Source: an uncultured Rickettsiales bacterium (GTDB lineage: Bacteria > Pseudomonadota > Alphaproteobacteria > CAJXXZ01 > CAZLVD01). From it: a stretch of 39,601 nt of DNA. The notes beneath the pieces were generated by a model. The model was not told where the DNA came from. It saw only the letters and a program-made list of their open reading frames with translations, and ran no database searches. The position numbers and the translations under genes are program-made. Shown in pieces: positions 1 through 8,556 of the stretch (within the stretch, counting starts at the first letter, position 1; each line of letters begins with the position of its first letter). The stretch covers positions 50,703 through 90,303 of the forward strand of contig CAZLVD010000001.1 in NCBI GenBank assembly GCA_964563095.1. Reading direction: 5' to 3'.

Positions 1-75
1 ATAGACTAGTGTATATATAGATGCAGATCGATATGTGCGTATGTGATGTAGTATTGTAGTCGATAATATCATCAG

Positions 76-215
76 GATGGAGTGTAGTTTATCTATCAAG
101 GAATGTGAGTATAATGACAGTATGATGAACAATGCTGGTTAATTGGATTATCAAGGAATATGCATATATCATAGATGGAGTGTATTTATCTATCAAGGAA
201 TGTGAGTATAATGAA
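76..215. repeat. Two copies of a ~42-nt direct repeat (76-117 and 174-215, spacing 98 nt)
   Basis: GATGGAGTGTA(G/T)TTTATCTATCAAGGAATGTGAGTATAATGA is read twice. A partial third copy (TATCAAGGAATATG) lies between them at about 149-162. Confidence 0.8.
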
Positions 216-219
216 GTTA

Positions 220-687
220 TCAGTTAGGATTATTCCAATTCGTACGATTAATATCTGCAGTGTTAAAAGGAGGCTGCGAACGAGACTGCTGTTTGCTAGC
301 AAATTTAAAGTTGTGATGTATCAATAATATAAAATCAATCATATGCATGGAGATCATACCGTATATGAAATAAGTTGCATGAGTATATAGCACGGATGTG
401 GTCTTTTTGGCAGTAATCAGATAGAACAATAACATTTCTACTGATAATAAAGCAAAAAACGTATATGTTTTACCCTGTAGCGAGGTTGATCGTATCTTCA
501 TTTTCCCTATCGACTGTTGTATTAGATTGTCTGCAATGAGTTTCATATACATACCTGCTACAATACAACCTATATGTTTCGTATGAGAGAATTTCTGTGC
601 TGGTCTCTGCCTCCATATCGTAGGTATATAGATTTTTGCTTCTATATGAATGATTGTAGTAGCAAGAGCTAATAGTGCGTACTTCAT
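220..687 (-). CDS. Hypothetical small membrane protein, paralog A (N-terminus MKYALLALATTI...)
   Basis: 155-aa ORF with a hydrophobic N-terminus and internal hydrophobic segments. It is a paralog of ORF 1096..1464: the first ~20 aa are the same and they share a Y..F.(Y/H)GMI block. No recognisable family. Confidence 0.55.
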   Translation of the reverse strand: MKYALLALATTIIHIEAKIYIPTIWRQRPAQKFSHTKHIGCIVAGMYMKLIADNLIQQSIGKMKIRSTSLQGKTYTFFALLSVEMLLFYLITAKKTTSVLYTHATYFIYGMISMHMIDFILLIHHNFKFASKQQSRSQPPFNTADINRTNWNNPN

Positions 688-840
688 ATATATAGTATAA
701 TGGTTATCATAAAAAACACAAATGTATTAAAAGATTTGAGAGTATAGAGTTGATGTAAAAGTATGTATAAAAAAACTACTTACTTCTTCTACCTTGTCTA
801 CATTTTAATCTAGGGTTTTTTGGATCGATGACATATATTG
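631..840. repeat. Copy A of a 210-bp dispersed direct repeat (partner at 1408..1617)
   Basis: Aligned by eye. The spacer part (688-840 vs 1465-1617) is almost identical with a few mismatches. The part covering the ORF N-termini is about 85% identical. Confidence 0.9.
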
Positions 841-913
841 CATGACCGCGTCTGATAATTTTACATGTCTTGCTACGTGTTTTAACTGATCTACATGATC
901 TAACTATTCTCAT
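776..913 (-). CDS. rpmJ: 50S ribosomal protein L36
   Basis: Hand translation of the minus strand gives MRIVRSCRSVKTRSKTCKIIRRGHAIYVIDPKNPRLKCRQGRRSK (45 aa). This matches the L36 pattern (K.R.S.K.....C.IV.R.G...VI...NPR.K.RQG). It is too short for the ORF track. Confidence 0.85.
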   Translation of the reverse strand: MRIVRSCRSVKTRSKTCKIIRRGHAIYVIDPKNPRLKCRQGRRSK

Positions 914-1095
914 AATGGTCAGTGTAGCATATTAATTTGAGTAAATCTAGAGAATGCATGATATAAAAAATAAAAGTTATGATAATAGATGATATATTGG
1001 CTATATTTGTAAGATTATTCAGTAAAATTACATCAATCGATATGTCTATTGTGATTTGTATATATAATAAGATTCATTATTTAGTTGGAGTTATT

Positions 1096-1464
1096 TTACT
1101 CAAATACGTTCTTGTATATAATACATATATCAGTCAATATCATACCGTGTATGAAAAAAGATGCATAATCTTTTATATATGAAGATATATTTTTATAGTC
1201 AAAGAGACTGATGAATAGTAATTTACATAATATGGAGAAGATTGCGATAAATGATATATTCTGCTTCAATGTGTTTACAAATGAACACTGGTATTCTTGT
1301 ACATTGTTGTATATAGATGTATTAACTAGCGCGCCTGATATAAAACATCCTGCTTTTATCACATTATCCAATACCTTGATGGATATAGTGCGGGCTTGCT
1401 GTGTATTGATTTTTGCCTCTGTATGAGTGATTGTGGTCGCAAGAGCTAATAATGCGTATTTCAT
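1096..1464 (-). CDS. Hypothetical small membrane protein, paralog B
   Basis: 122-aa ORF whose N-terminus MKYALLALATTITHTEAKI is nearly identical to that of ORF 220..687. It has the same upstream 150-bp repeat. Confidence 0.5.
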   Translation of the reverse strand: MKYALLALATTITHTEAKINTQQARTISIKVLDNVIKAGCFISGALVNTSIYNNVQEYQCSFVNTLKQNISFIAIFSILCKLLFISLFDYKNISSYIKDYASFFIHGMILTDICIIYKNVFE

Positions 1465-1617
1465 ATATAGAGTATAATGATTATCATAAAAAACACAAAT
1501 GTATTAAAAGATTTGAGAGTATAGAGTTGATGTAAAAGTATGTATAAAAAAACTACTTACTTCTTCTACCTTGTCTACATTTTAATCTAGGGTTTGTTTG
1601 ATCGATGACATATATTG
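1408..1617. repeat. Copy B of the 210-bp dispersed direct repeat (partner at 631..840)
   Basis: See copy A. The right boundary (1617) falls inside the sequence homologous to the rpmJ coding region. Confidence 0.9.
1553..1617 (-). pseudogene. Truncated duplicate of the rpmJ 3' end (last ~21 codons plus stop)
   Basis: The minus strand reads ..IYVIDQTNPRLKCRQGRRSK*. This is almost identical to rpmJ codons 25-45, but no start codon or N-terminal half is present. Confidence 0.8.
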
Positions 1618-1638
1618 ATGATATGATGATGAATCTAA

Positions 1639-1711
1639 CGCGCCTAAGAGGGCTCGAACCTCTGACCTTTGCTATCGGAAAGCAATACTCTTCCAACTGA
1701 GCTATAGACGC
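1639..1711 (-). tRNA. tRNA-Arg (anticodon CCG)
   Basis: Hand-folded 73-nt cloverleaf. Acceptor GCGTCTA/TAGGCGC, D arm GCTC-AGTTGGAA-GAGT, anticodon arm TTGCT-TTCCGAT-AGCAA, T arm AGAGG-TTCGAGC-CCTCT. Confidence 0.85.
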
Positions 1712-1814
1712 ATAAGACTATCTTAGCATGATTATAATAAAAGTATATGCTCTAAGGTAGCTTGATCTATCCAGGTAGTGTATATCGTTTTGAGTGATTA
1801 GGGGAAGTATATGC

Positions 1815-2165
1815 TTATTGATGTTTTGTTGCAGTAATATCTTCTACATTATCTGTATATATATGATATTTCTTATTGATTTTACGACTAATATTTTTCA
1901 CTAAATCTTCTACAGGAGCTTTGACAGTATCTTCAGACCATAATCCTGAGCGATAAGCCGAAATTAGCATTTCAAATGAATATAGTAGTATTACCCAGAT
2001 AGGCCAAAAATATCCGCCACCAGATAACGCCCATGCTACTATACAGAATCCTACTCTAAGACTTTTCCGTAAGACTTTTCTAATTAATGTTTCTACATCC
2101 ATAATGCTAAGTCTATCACAAAACATATTCTCATGGAAGAAAAATTTATATGTTTGAAGTATCAT
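1815..2165 (-). CDS. Hypothetical membrane protein (possible 2TM-domain type)
   Basis: 116-aa ORF with two adjacent hydrophobic helices (GFCIVAWALSGGGYFWPIWVILLYSF). Family assignment is tentative. Confidence 0.45.
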   Translation of the reverse strand: MILQTYKFFFHENMFCDRLSIMDVETLIRKVLRKSLRVGFCIVAWALSGGGYFWPIWVILLYSFEMLISAYRSGLWSEDTVKAPVEDLVKNISRKINKKYHIYTDNVEDITATKHQ

Positions 2166-2253
2166 CTTTATATCTTATTAATCATTCAAAGAATTCAATT
2201 AGCATAGATAACATGTGTGCAGTGACAGATCAGGACATTAATACTATAGCAAT

Positions 2254-2553
2254 TTAATATGATTGCTTTAATGAATTTAGTTTTGCTTTCTCTATACTAT
2301 GTTTTATAAGAGAATGATCATGAAAATCTGATTGTATAGTATCTGTATATGGTACATATGATGTTTTGTTTGTTAGTCTATCAGGCATTTGAATATGCAT
2401 AACTTTTTCTTCTTGGAGAGTAATTTGCTGAGATAATTTTGTAACGTGCTCTATATTGCGGAGTTTATGCTCCATGAGTAGTATTAGTTTATCAGTTGCT
2501 TGTATATGTAATTTCATTTCGCTTAATAATTCACGAAGCATATTCTCATTCAT
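2254..2553 (-). CDS. Hypothetical protein, coiled-coil-like
   Basis: 99-aa ORF with a charged heptad-like N-terminal half. No recognisable motif. Confidence 0.4.
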   Translation of the reverse strand: MNENMLRELLSEMKLHIQATDKLILLMEHKLRNIEHVTKLSQQITLQEEKVMHIQMPDRLTNKTSYVPYTDTIQSDFHDHSLIKHSIEKAKLNSLKQSY

Positions 2554-2623
2554 GAATCACTATATCAAGAGAATACTAACTTAGTGTAAAAAAATGGATT
2601 CATGTTTCCAAATAGATAATTTA

Positions 2624-3106
2624 TTAACGCCTGAAAAATACTGTGAATACGTTATATTTAAAAATTGAAAGAGGTATCATAAACAGCGCCAAGACAGTAA
2701 ATAAATTTCCGACATATCTGCTATATTCATTTTTAAATATATTACGCAATCCAAAAGCAGAAGCGCATGCTACTGCATTTATGATAAAAAACTTATTATT
2801 ATCTGCATGATGGTCTTGTTGTTTTTTAATATACAATGTGACACCTAAGGGTATAAGGTATGCAGATAATAGTAATGAATAATATATTCCATAGTATTGT
2901 ATTTGAGTTTTAGCATGATTTTCAGCAATAATTTTTACAGGCATAGTAAATTCATATAATAGATCCGCCTCAGTGAGCTGAGTACGTATAATTTCTTTCG
3001 AAGTGATTGATTCTGGATTATTCTCTGCAAAAGTAATAGAACTTAATACGCAGATTGCTTTAAATAACTTGGACATGGTGCATCGTATCATAAAATACAT
3101 GTGCAT
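2624..3106 (-). CDS. Hypothetical membrane protein
   Basis: 160-aa ORF. It has a signal-like segment (MSKLFKAICVLSSITFA) followed by about 3 hydrophobic helices. The true start is probably an internal Met. Confidence 0.5.
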   Translation of the reverse strand: MHMYFMIRCTMSKLFKAICVLSSITFAENNPESITSKEIIRTQLTEADLLYEFTMPVKIIAENHAKTQIQYYGIYYSLLLSAYLIPLGVTLYIKKQQDHHADNNKFFIINAVACASAFGLRNIFKNEYSRYVGNLFTVLALFMIPLSIFKYNVFTVFFRR

Positions 3107-3219
3107 TCAATAGATTTTATTGCTAAAGTATTAATGTGTGGAAAAATATAGTGAATTTGTGGAATGTATAAGTGTATGGGCTATCTAAGATGATGATTTA
3201 TTATATACAGACCTCAGAG

Positions 3220-3421
3220 ATAACTGTTATCAAGATATAAACAAGATATGCTCTGAAAATACTGTAGTCTAATTGAGTTAATATGCATGACTCGTGTGCA
3301 ATGAGCAGAGGATGTATATGATAACTGTTATCAAGATATAAACAAGATATGCTCTGAAAATACTGCAGTCTAATTGAGTTAATATGCATGACTCGTGTGC
3401 AATGAGCAGAGGATGTATATA
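3220..3421. repeat. Tandem duplication, 101 bp x 2
   Basis: TAACTGTTATCAAGATATAAACAAG... begins at 3221 and again at 3322. I saw one mismatch (TGTAGTC vs TGCAGTC). Confidence 0.9.
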
Positions 3422-3474
3422 ATGATTCATGAGTAGTTAGAGGAGCAGAGTATATATAGGATGTATTTATGAGT

Positions 3475-4479
3475 TTATGCTACAAGTACTTTTTTAGCTC
3501 TATATAATGTATTTTGTATAATAGGTCTTGCTTTTTGTGCTCCTTGCAATAAGATCTGTTCAAGTAGCTCATCTTGTAGCATATAATATTCATATTTTTC
3601 ACGTATAGGCGTAATAAAAGCATTGACTTTATCATATACAGTAGCTTTCACTTGAGCCCATCCTATACCTGTTTGATATTTTGACGCTAATTCGACTTTT
3701 TCAGCATCTGTTGCAAATAATGCGTAAAGTTCATATAGTGTATCCAATGCTTTTGGTTCATTCATGCCGCTAGAGTCTGTTTTGATGCCATATATAAGTT
3801 TTTTAATCTGTTCCGGTGTATCGGTAAGTTTAATGGTATTATCATAGCTCTTACTCATTTTACGTCCATCTAAACCTGTAATACTTTGTTCCATTTCGAT
3901 TTGTATATCAGGTACTACAAAGGCTGACTGTAATCCTTGAGACTCCAGATGATGATTGATTTTTATAGCTAAATCACGGCAGATTTCTATATGTTGCTTT
4001 TGATCAGGTCCTACAGGTACAATATTTACATCGACTCCTAAAATATCAGCAGCCATAAGTATAGGATATGAATAGATACCCATGCCTACAGCTTCATTTT
4101 GATTATCTTGAGCAGCCTTAAATGCATGCGATCTATCCAATACACCTTTAGTACAGAAGCAGGTCAATAACCATGCTAATTCGAAAGTCTCAGATATATC
4201 TGTTTGTAAATAAAGACAGATTTTATTTGGATCAATACCGCATGCTAGATATGTAGATAGAAGACTTTTAGTATAAAATGCATGCATCTTAGCTTCTAGA
4301 GGGGTTGTAAGAGCATGTGCATTAGCTATAAACGCGAATATTTCATGTTCTGCTTGATTTGTTGCTTGTTGATAGTCTAATAATTGCTTGATACTACCGA
4401 AATAATTTCCTAAATGTAATAATCCTGTTGGTTTAATGCCAGTCAAAATACGCATATAATGAGTATATGCTGTTTGCAA
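3475..4479 (-). CDS. trpS: Tryptophan--tRNA ligase
   Basis: Class I signatures are present: GIKPTGLLHLGNYFG (HIGH-type) and KMSKS (GRKMSKSYDN). Length fits TrpRS. The likely true start is the Met at 4455 (MRILTGIKPTG). Confidence 0.92.
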   Translation of the reverse strand: MQTAYTHYMRILTGIKPTGLLHLGNYFGSIKQLLDYQQATNQAEHEIFAFIANAHALTTPLEAKMHAFYTKSLLSTYLACGIDPNKICLYLQTDISETFELAWLLTCFCTKGVLDRSHAFKAAQDNQNEAVGMGIYSYPILMAADILGVDVNIVPVGPDQKQHIEICRDLAIKINHHLESQGLQSAFVVPDIQIEMEQSITGLDGRKMSKSYDNTIKLTDTPEQIKKLIYGIKTDSSGMNEPKALDTLYELYALFATDAEKVELASKYQTGIGWAQVKATVYDKVNAFITPIREKYEYYMLQDELLEQILLQGAQKARPIIQNTLYRAKKVLVA

Positions 4480-4575
4480 TATTTGTGAAGGGTCAAAAAA
4501 TAAAATGCAGAATATAATGCTTATTGTTGAATATATTCTATATTTCAGCAGTTTACATCAATATAACACGTCTTC

Positions 4576-4735
4576 TATGAAGAATCATTATCAGTGAGAA
4601 TATAAAAATTAATAAAACACTTACATTTCAAATGCTCTCAAGATTATTGAGATCCTATATGAAGAATCATTATCAGTGAGAATATAAAAATTAATAAAAC
4701 ACTTACATTTCAAATGCTCTCAAGATTATTGAGAT
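4576..4735. repeat. Tandem duplication, 78 identical nt x 2, period 82
   Basis: TATGAAGAATCATTATCAGTGAGAATATAAAAATTAATAAAACACTTACATTTCAAATGCTCTCAAGATTATTGAGAT is read at 4576 and again at 4658. Confidence 0.9.
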
Positions 4736-4754
4736 GATATCAATTCACCAAGTC

Positions 4755-6107
4755 TTAGCGCTGCTTTCTCATTTCATGCATTAGCTTCTGATACTCTTGA
4801 CCTATGCTTAATGAGGCGATTTGAGTCATAATTTCATTAGTAACACCAACTATAATTAAAATACTTGTACCGCCGAATAAAATCTGTAGCCCGCTCAATT
4901 TAATAATGATCTCAGGTAATAGACATATGATCACTAAATATAGACCAGAGATTGACGCTAATCGATTTAATAGATATTCTAAGAAAGATACTGTATCCTG
5001 ACCCATACGTACGCCCTCAATCATTCTCATATTATGTTGTAAATCTTGAGCTGTTTCTTCAGGATCTAATGTAAGTGGCGCTGTTACAAAAGCTAATGAG
5101 AAAATGAGTAATCCAAATGCAATAGCGAAGAATGTATCTGTAAGAATGAATCTAGACATACTAGGCATAATGACAGATAATGTTTTTGGCAATGATAAGA
5201 GTCCGCTAGCAATCATAGGAGCCATCACACCGCCAACATTTAATTTGACAGGTATTTCATTTGGAATACTATTATGCATTAAATGTCTTTGACTTTGAAT
5301 TGCAACGACTTTTACAGCTCTATATGCCTGATCGAAAAACGCTGCTACTAGCATGAGACCTAAGATTAATCCTATATCTAAAAACAATATGTAATTACTC
5401 AATAAGTTAGCTCTTAGATACATGCTGATTTTGTTGATAGATGAAGGAATGCTTGCAACGATGCTTGTATAGATAATTATAGAAGAGCCTTGTCCTATGC
5501 CTCTATCGGTAATTTGTTCGCTGATCCAGATTAAGAAGAATGTACCTGCAGTTAATGTAATGACTGTAGAGAATTTAAAGAAAAAACCTGGCATGGCTAC
5601 AGCTGGCATGTTTAATATATCGGACTTTTGTCTTTCAAGCATCCAGGCAACTCCATACGATTGGATTACTGTCAATACTAATGCTATATAACGAGTATAT
5701 TGATTACGAGTTTTTTGTCCTGATTCACCATCTTTTTTCAATGCTTGTAATGTAGGCGACATAGTTGTATATAATTGAATAATCATACTTGCTGTAATAT
5801 ACGGGGATAAGCTCATCATGAAGATAGTAGCTCTTTCAATTGATCCTCCAGAGAACAGATTAAGCATAGACATTACTCCTCCTGCTGATTGATTCACAAT
5901 ATCTTTTAATACATCAGCATTTAAGCCAGGTACAGGTATATATGATCCAAAGCGATATATTAACACTACGAATAATGTAAAGCCTGCTCTAAGCCATAAT
6001 TCATTAGAAGAAAAATCCATTTTATGCTTTTTGCTAGATTTCTCTGTTACCTGAGGATTCAAGCGCAATATTAATGGTTTTATTTTGTTCAATATTGTTG
6101 TAAACAT
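4755..6107 (-). CDS. secY: Protein translocase subunit SecY
   Basis: 450 aa with about 10 hydrophobic segments. SecY-typical blocks: RFGSYIPVPG, LFSGGSIERATIFMMSLSPYITASMIIQL, RYIALVLTVIQS, WISEQITDRGIGQGSSIII. The start may be the internal Met at about 6020. Confidence 0.93.
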   Translation of the reverse strand: MFTTILNKIKPLILRLNPQVTEKSSKKHKMDFSSNELWLRAGFTLFVVLIYRFGSYIPVPGLNADVLKDIVNQSAGGVMSMLNLFSGGSIERATIFMMSLSPYITASMIIQLYTTMSPTLQALKKDGESGQKTRNQYTRYIALVLTVIQSYGVAWMLERQKSDILNMPAVAMPGFFFKFSTVITLTAGTFFLIWISEQITDRGIGQGSSIIIYTSIVASIPSSINKISMYLRANLLSNYILFLDIGLILGLMLVAAFFDQAYRAVKVVAIQSQRHLMHNSIPNEIPVKLNVGGVMAPMIASGLLSLPKTLSVIMPSMSRFILTDTFFAIAFGLLIFSLAFVTAPLTLDPEETAQDLQHNMRMIEGVRMGQDTVSFLEYLLNRLASISGLYLVIICLLPEIIIKLSGLQILFGGTSILIIVGVTNEIMTQIASLSIGQEYQKLMHEMRKQR

Positions 6108-6374
6108 AGAATATGATAAAACAAAAGAGAACAGCTTGCAAGATGAAATAACTGGTAGCGTGCGAATTTAATTCACATGATACATACTGATAATATTAAA
6201 AATGTGATAGATAATGCATATATAGTCAAAGATATAAATCCAAATGTTGTATAAAAGCAGTATAAGAAATGAAATAATGCATATAAACAGCTTTTTAGAT
6301 ACTTCGTGCAATATATATTTTTTCTAGATCTTGTAAGAAATGCTAAAATATGTAAAAATTTCTAGAGGTCTTGT

Positions 6375-6902
6375 TTGAAGATAAAAGATAAACATATTAA
6401 GAGAAATCCTAGAAAAGATAATCAAATTCGTATACCTATCATTGATCTAATAGATAGTAATGGTGTATATCATAAAAGCATTAGTACAATCTCTGCTATG
6501 CAAATGGCTGAGAGTGTAGGATTGAATCTTGTTGAAATACGTGCTGATAGTAATCCGCCGTTATGTAAAATTATGGATTATGGTAAGAATCAGTATGAAG
6601 AAAAGAAAAAAGCATCTGCAGCACGTAAGAATCATAAAGAAATTAAAATTAAAGAATTTAAATTAACGCCAAATATTGGACAGCATGATATTGATATCAA
6701 AATTAAACATGCTCGTACTGAGATCATGGAGGGTAATCAGGTTAAGGTCATCTTAAAATATAAGAAACGTGAGATTATACATAAGGATGTTGGTATAGAG
6801 ACAGTTAAGCGCTTTTTGGAAGGTTTGTCAGATATTGGTCAGTATGCTACCCCTACAGTAATAGGTAATCAATGTGTATGTGTAGTGCAGCAAAAAGTGT
6901 AG
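6375..6902 (+). CDS. infC: Translation initiation factor IF-3
   Basis: NQIRIPIIDLIDSNG...GLNLVEIRADSNPPLCKIMDYGKNQYEEKKK matches the IF-3 N-domain and linker. There is no in-frame ATG upstream of the conserved core. A TTG at 6375 is preceded by AGAGG. Confidence 0.9.
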   Translation: MKIKDKHIKRNPRKDNQIRIPIIDLIDSNGVYHKSISTISAMQMAESVGLNLVEIRADSNPPLCKIMDYGKNQYEEKKKASAARKNHKEIKIKEFKLTPNIGQHDIDIKIKHARTEIMEGNQVKVILKYKKREIIHKDVGIETVKRFLEGLSDIGQYATPTVIGNQCVCVVQQKV

Positions 6903-6943
6903 AGTATACTTTCAAATATCAATCATATAATTCCTTAGAAGTA

Positions 6944-7372
6944 CTATAAGCTCAGTAAAAAATTGATTAATATAAAGCATAATGTACTGATAGTGCTATA
7001 CAAATGAGTACGTATCATGATGATCAAACATTTGCTTGTAAATAACCATGTTGTATGAGTGTGGATATAGTCAACTATAGGATATAACACAATATCCAAG
7101 AAAAGATTTACAGCAAGCATATTCAGAATAATAGGTAGTGTGAGTGTAATGTTATGAGAGAATAATGATGGCATGTATGTATTTGGTATGAGCAGACGTA
7201 TAGGTGCGAGGATTATATAACTCATTGCGATTGAGATGCTACAATATGCAAAAAATTTAATAATTTTTGAGATGTATGGATTATCTGGCGATAATTGCTC
7301 GACTGTATATGTTAATGTTTTTTCATATTTCGACTTATACAGTAATGATCTGAAGAAATCTATTATAATCAT
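6944..7372 (-). CDS. Hypothetical membrane protein
   Basis: 142-aa ORF with about 4 hydrophobic segments. No family recognised. Confidence 0.45.
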   Translation of the reverse strand: MIIIDFFRSLLYKSKYEKTLTYTVEQLSPDNPYISKIIKFFAYCSISIAMSYIILAPIRLLIPNTYMPSLFSHNITLTLPIILNMLAVNLFLDIVLYPIVDYIHTHTTWLFTSKCLIIMIRTHLYSTISTLCFILINFLLSL

Positions 7373-7414
7373 AAAAAAGAATATATAGTATAAATTTTAA
7401 TAAAGTACTGAAAT

Positions 7415-8416
7415 TTGTATAAAATTTTTACAATATTATCAAATCTGATATCATTCAATATGAAGTTATGTGTAACAAATGTAAGTGATATGTTAGGTAA
7501 GCGTGTTTTGAGTATGCTAGAGAATATATTGACAGAGCAAGATATATTGATGATTATATCTGATATTCCTCAAAAGATACGTTTTAAAAATAAAATCATA
7601 CATACTAATATCTTTCATCATCATATGTTAAAAGATCTAGATGCGATTGTGAATACTGACGCGGAATTGACTCAGCAGATTTTGGAATGTATAGATCCAA
7701 AGACATTTTTAATTGATACTACGCATATTATAAAACATCATACTGATACAGTATTAATTGATTTATCTAATATAGAATCTATAAAACAGCATGATAATAT
7801 AAAGAAATTATTGCCATTAGCACATATAGTAACGCTGGGTATTTGTACCATATTACGGAGTATTTTATCGAAGTGTCAGTTTGATTTTGTGTCATTAAAT
7901 ACATGTCAGTCTATTTCAGATGCAGGGATTAAAGCAATGAAAGCATTAGATAGAGAGAGAAAGCATGAAGAAATGCACATACATGATAATCCGCAGTTTT
8001 TCGATAACTATATATATTCTAATGTAATTCCTGGTATAGGTGCAATAGATAGCTATTTACATACTAGTGATGAAAAGCAGATAATAGGTGAAGTAAAGCG
8101 TTTATTGGATCATGATATCAGTATATCTGTTACATGTGTGCATGTGCCTATTAAAATAGGTCATGTGATTTCTGTACAAATGCATACTAAACACGATGTG
8201 AATTTAGATTCTATTGCGCAAATATTGCATAAAAATCCAGATATTATTTTAGTAGAAAAACCAGTGAATATTACTCCGAAGGATGCTATAGGACATGAGC
8301 AGATTATAATATCTCGTTTACGTATAACAGATGGAGGGATTTCGTTTATTGCTACGTATGATAATCTTACATTGCAAGCTAAGACTATTGAGAGAATGTT
8401 AAATTTATTACGTTGA
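7415..8416 (+). CDS. asd: Aspartate-semialdehyde dehydrogenase homolog, divergent (cofactor loop and one substrate Arg not conserved)
   Basis: Colinear with short-type Asd: GICTI (cf PNCSTI), NTCQSISDAG (cf STYQAVSGAG), TCVHVPIKIGH (cf TCVR.PV..GH), IISRLRITDG (cf VGRIR.D) and YDNL (cf DNL.KGAA). The N-terminal GxxGxxG is replaced by VTNVSDMLG. The probable start is the ATG at 7460. Confidence 0.55.
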   Translation: MYKIFTILSNLISFNMKLCVTNVSDMLGKRVLSMLENILTEQDILMIISDIPQKIRFKNKIIHTNIFHHHMLKDLDAIVNTDAELTQQILECIDPKTFLIDTTHIIKHHTDTVLIDLSNIESIKQHDNIKKLLPLAHIVTLGICTILRSILSKCQFDFVSLNTCQSISDAGIKAMKALDRERKHEEMHIHDNPQFFDNYIYSNVIPGIGAIDSYLHTSDEKQIIGEVKRLLDHDISISVTCVHVPIKIGHVISVQMHTKHDVNLDSIAQILHKNPDIILVEKPVNITPKDAIGHEQIIISRLRITDGGISFIATYDNLTLQAKTIERMLNLLR

Positions 8417-8556
8417 TGTACTATTGTGCAGAATAAGAGATGTAAGAGCAAGATAGCAACAGAGCTCAGCATGACATAACAGATTATATGCATAATTACG
8501 AATTACTATATAAAATAAAAGTAGCCGGACAGATGAGATATAAGATTCATTTTTAA

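Noticed and set aside
979-1426. Plus-strand ORFs 979..1182 and 1211..1426
   Set aside because: They overlap the paralog-B gene in antisense, or lie in AT-rich spacer. The conserved leader shared with paralog A supports the minus-strand gene instead.
3201-3389. 62-aa ORF on the minus strand
   Set aside because: It lies entirely within the 101-bp x 2 tandem repeat, so its own sequence is internally duplicated. There is no RBS or motif support. I treat it as a repeat artefact.
5104-5691. Plus-strand ORFs 5104..5292 and 5497..5691
   Set aside because: They are antisense to secY and have no independent support.
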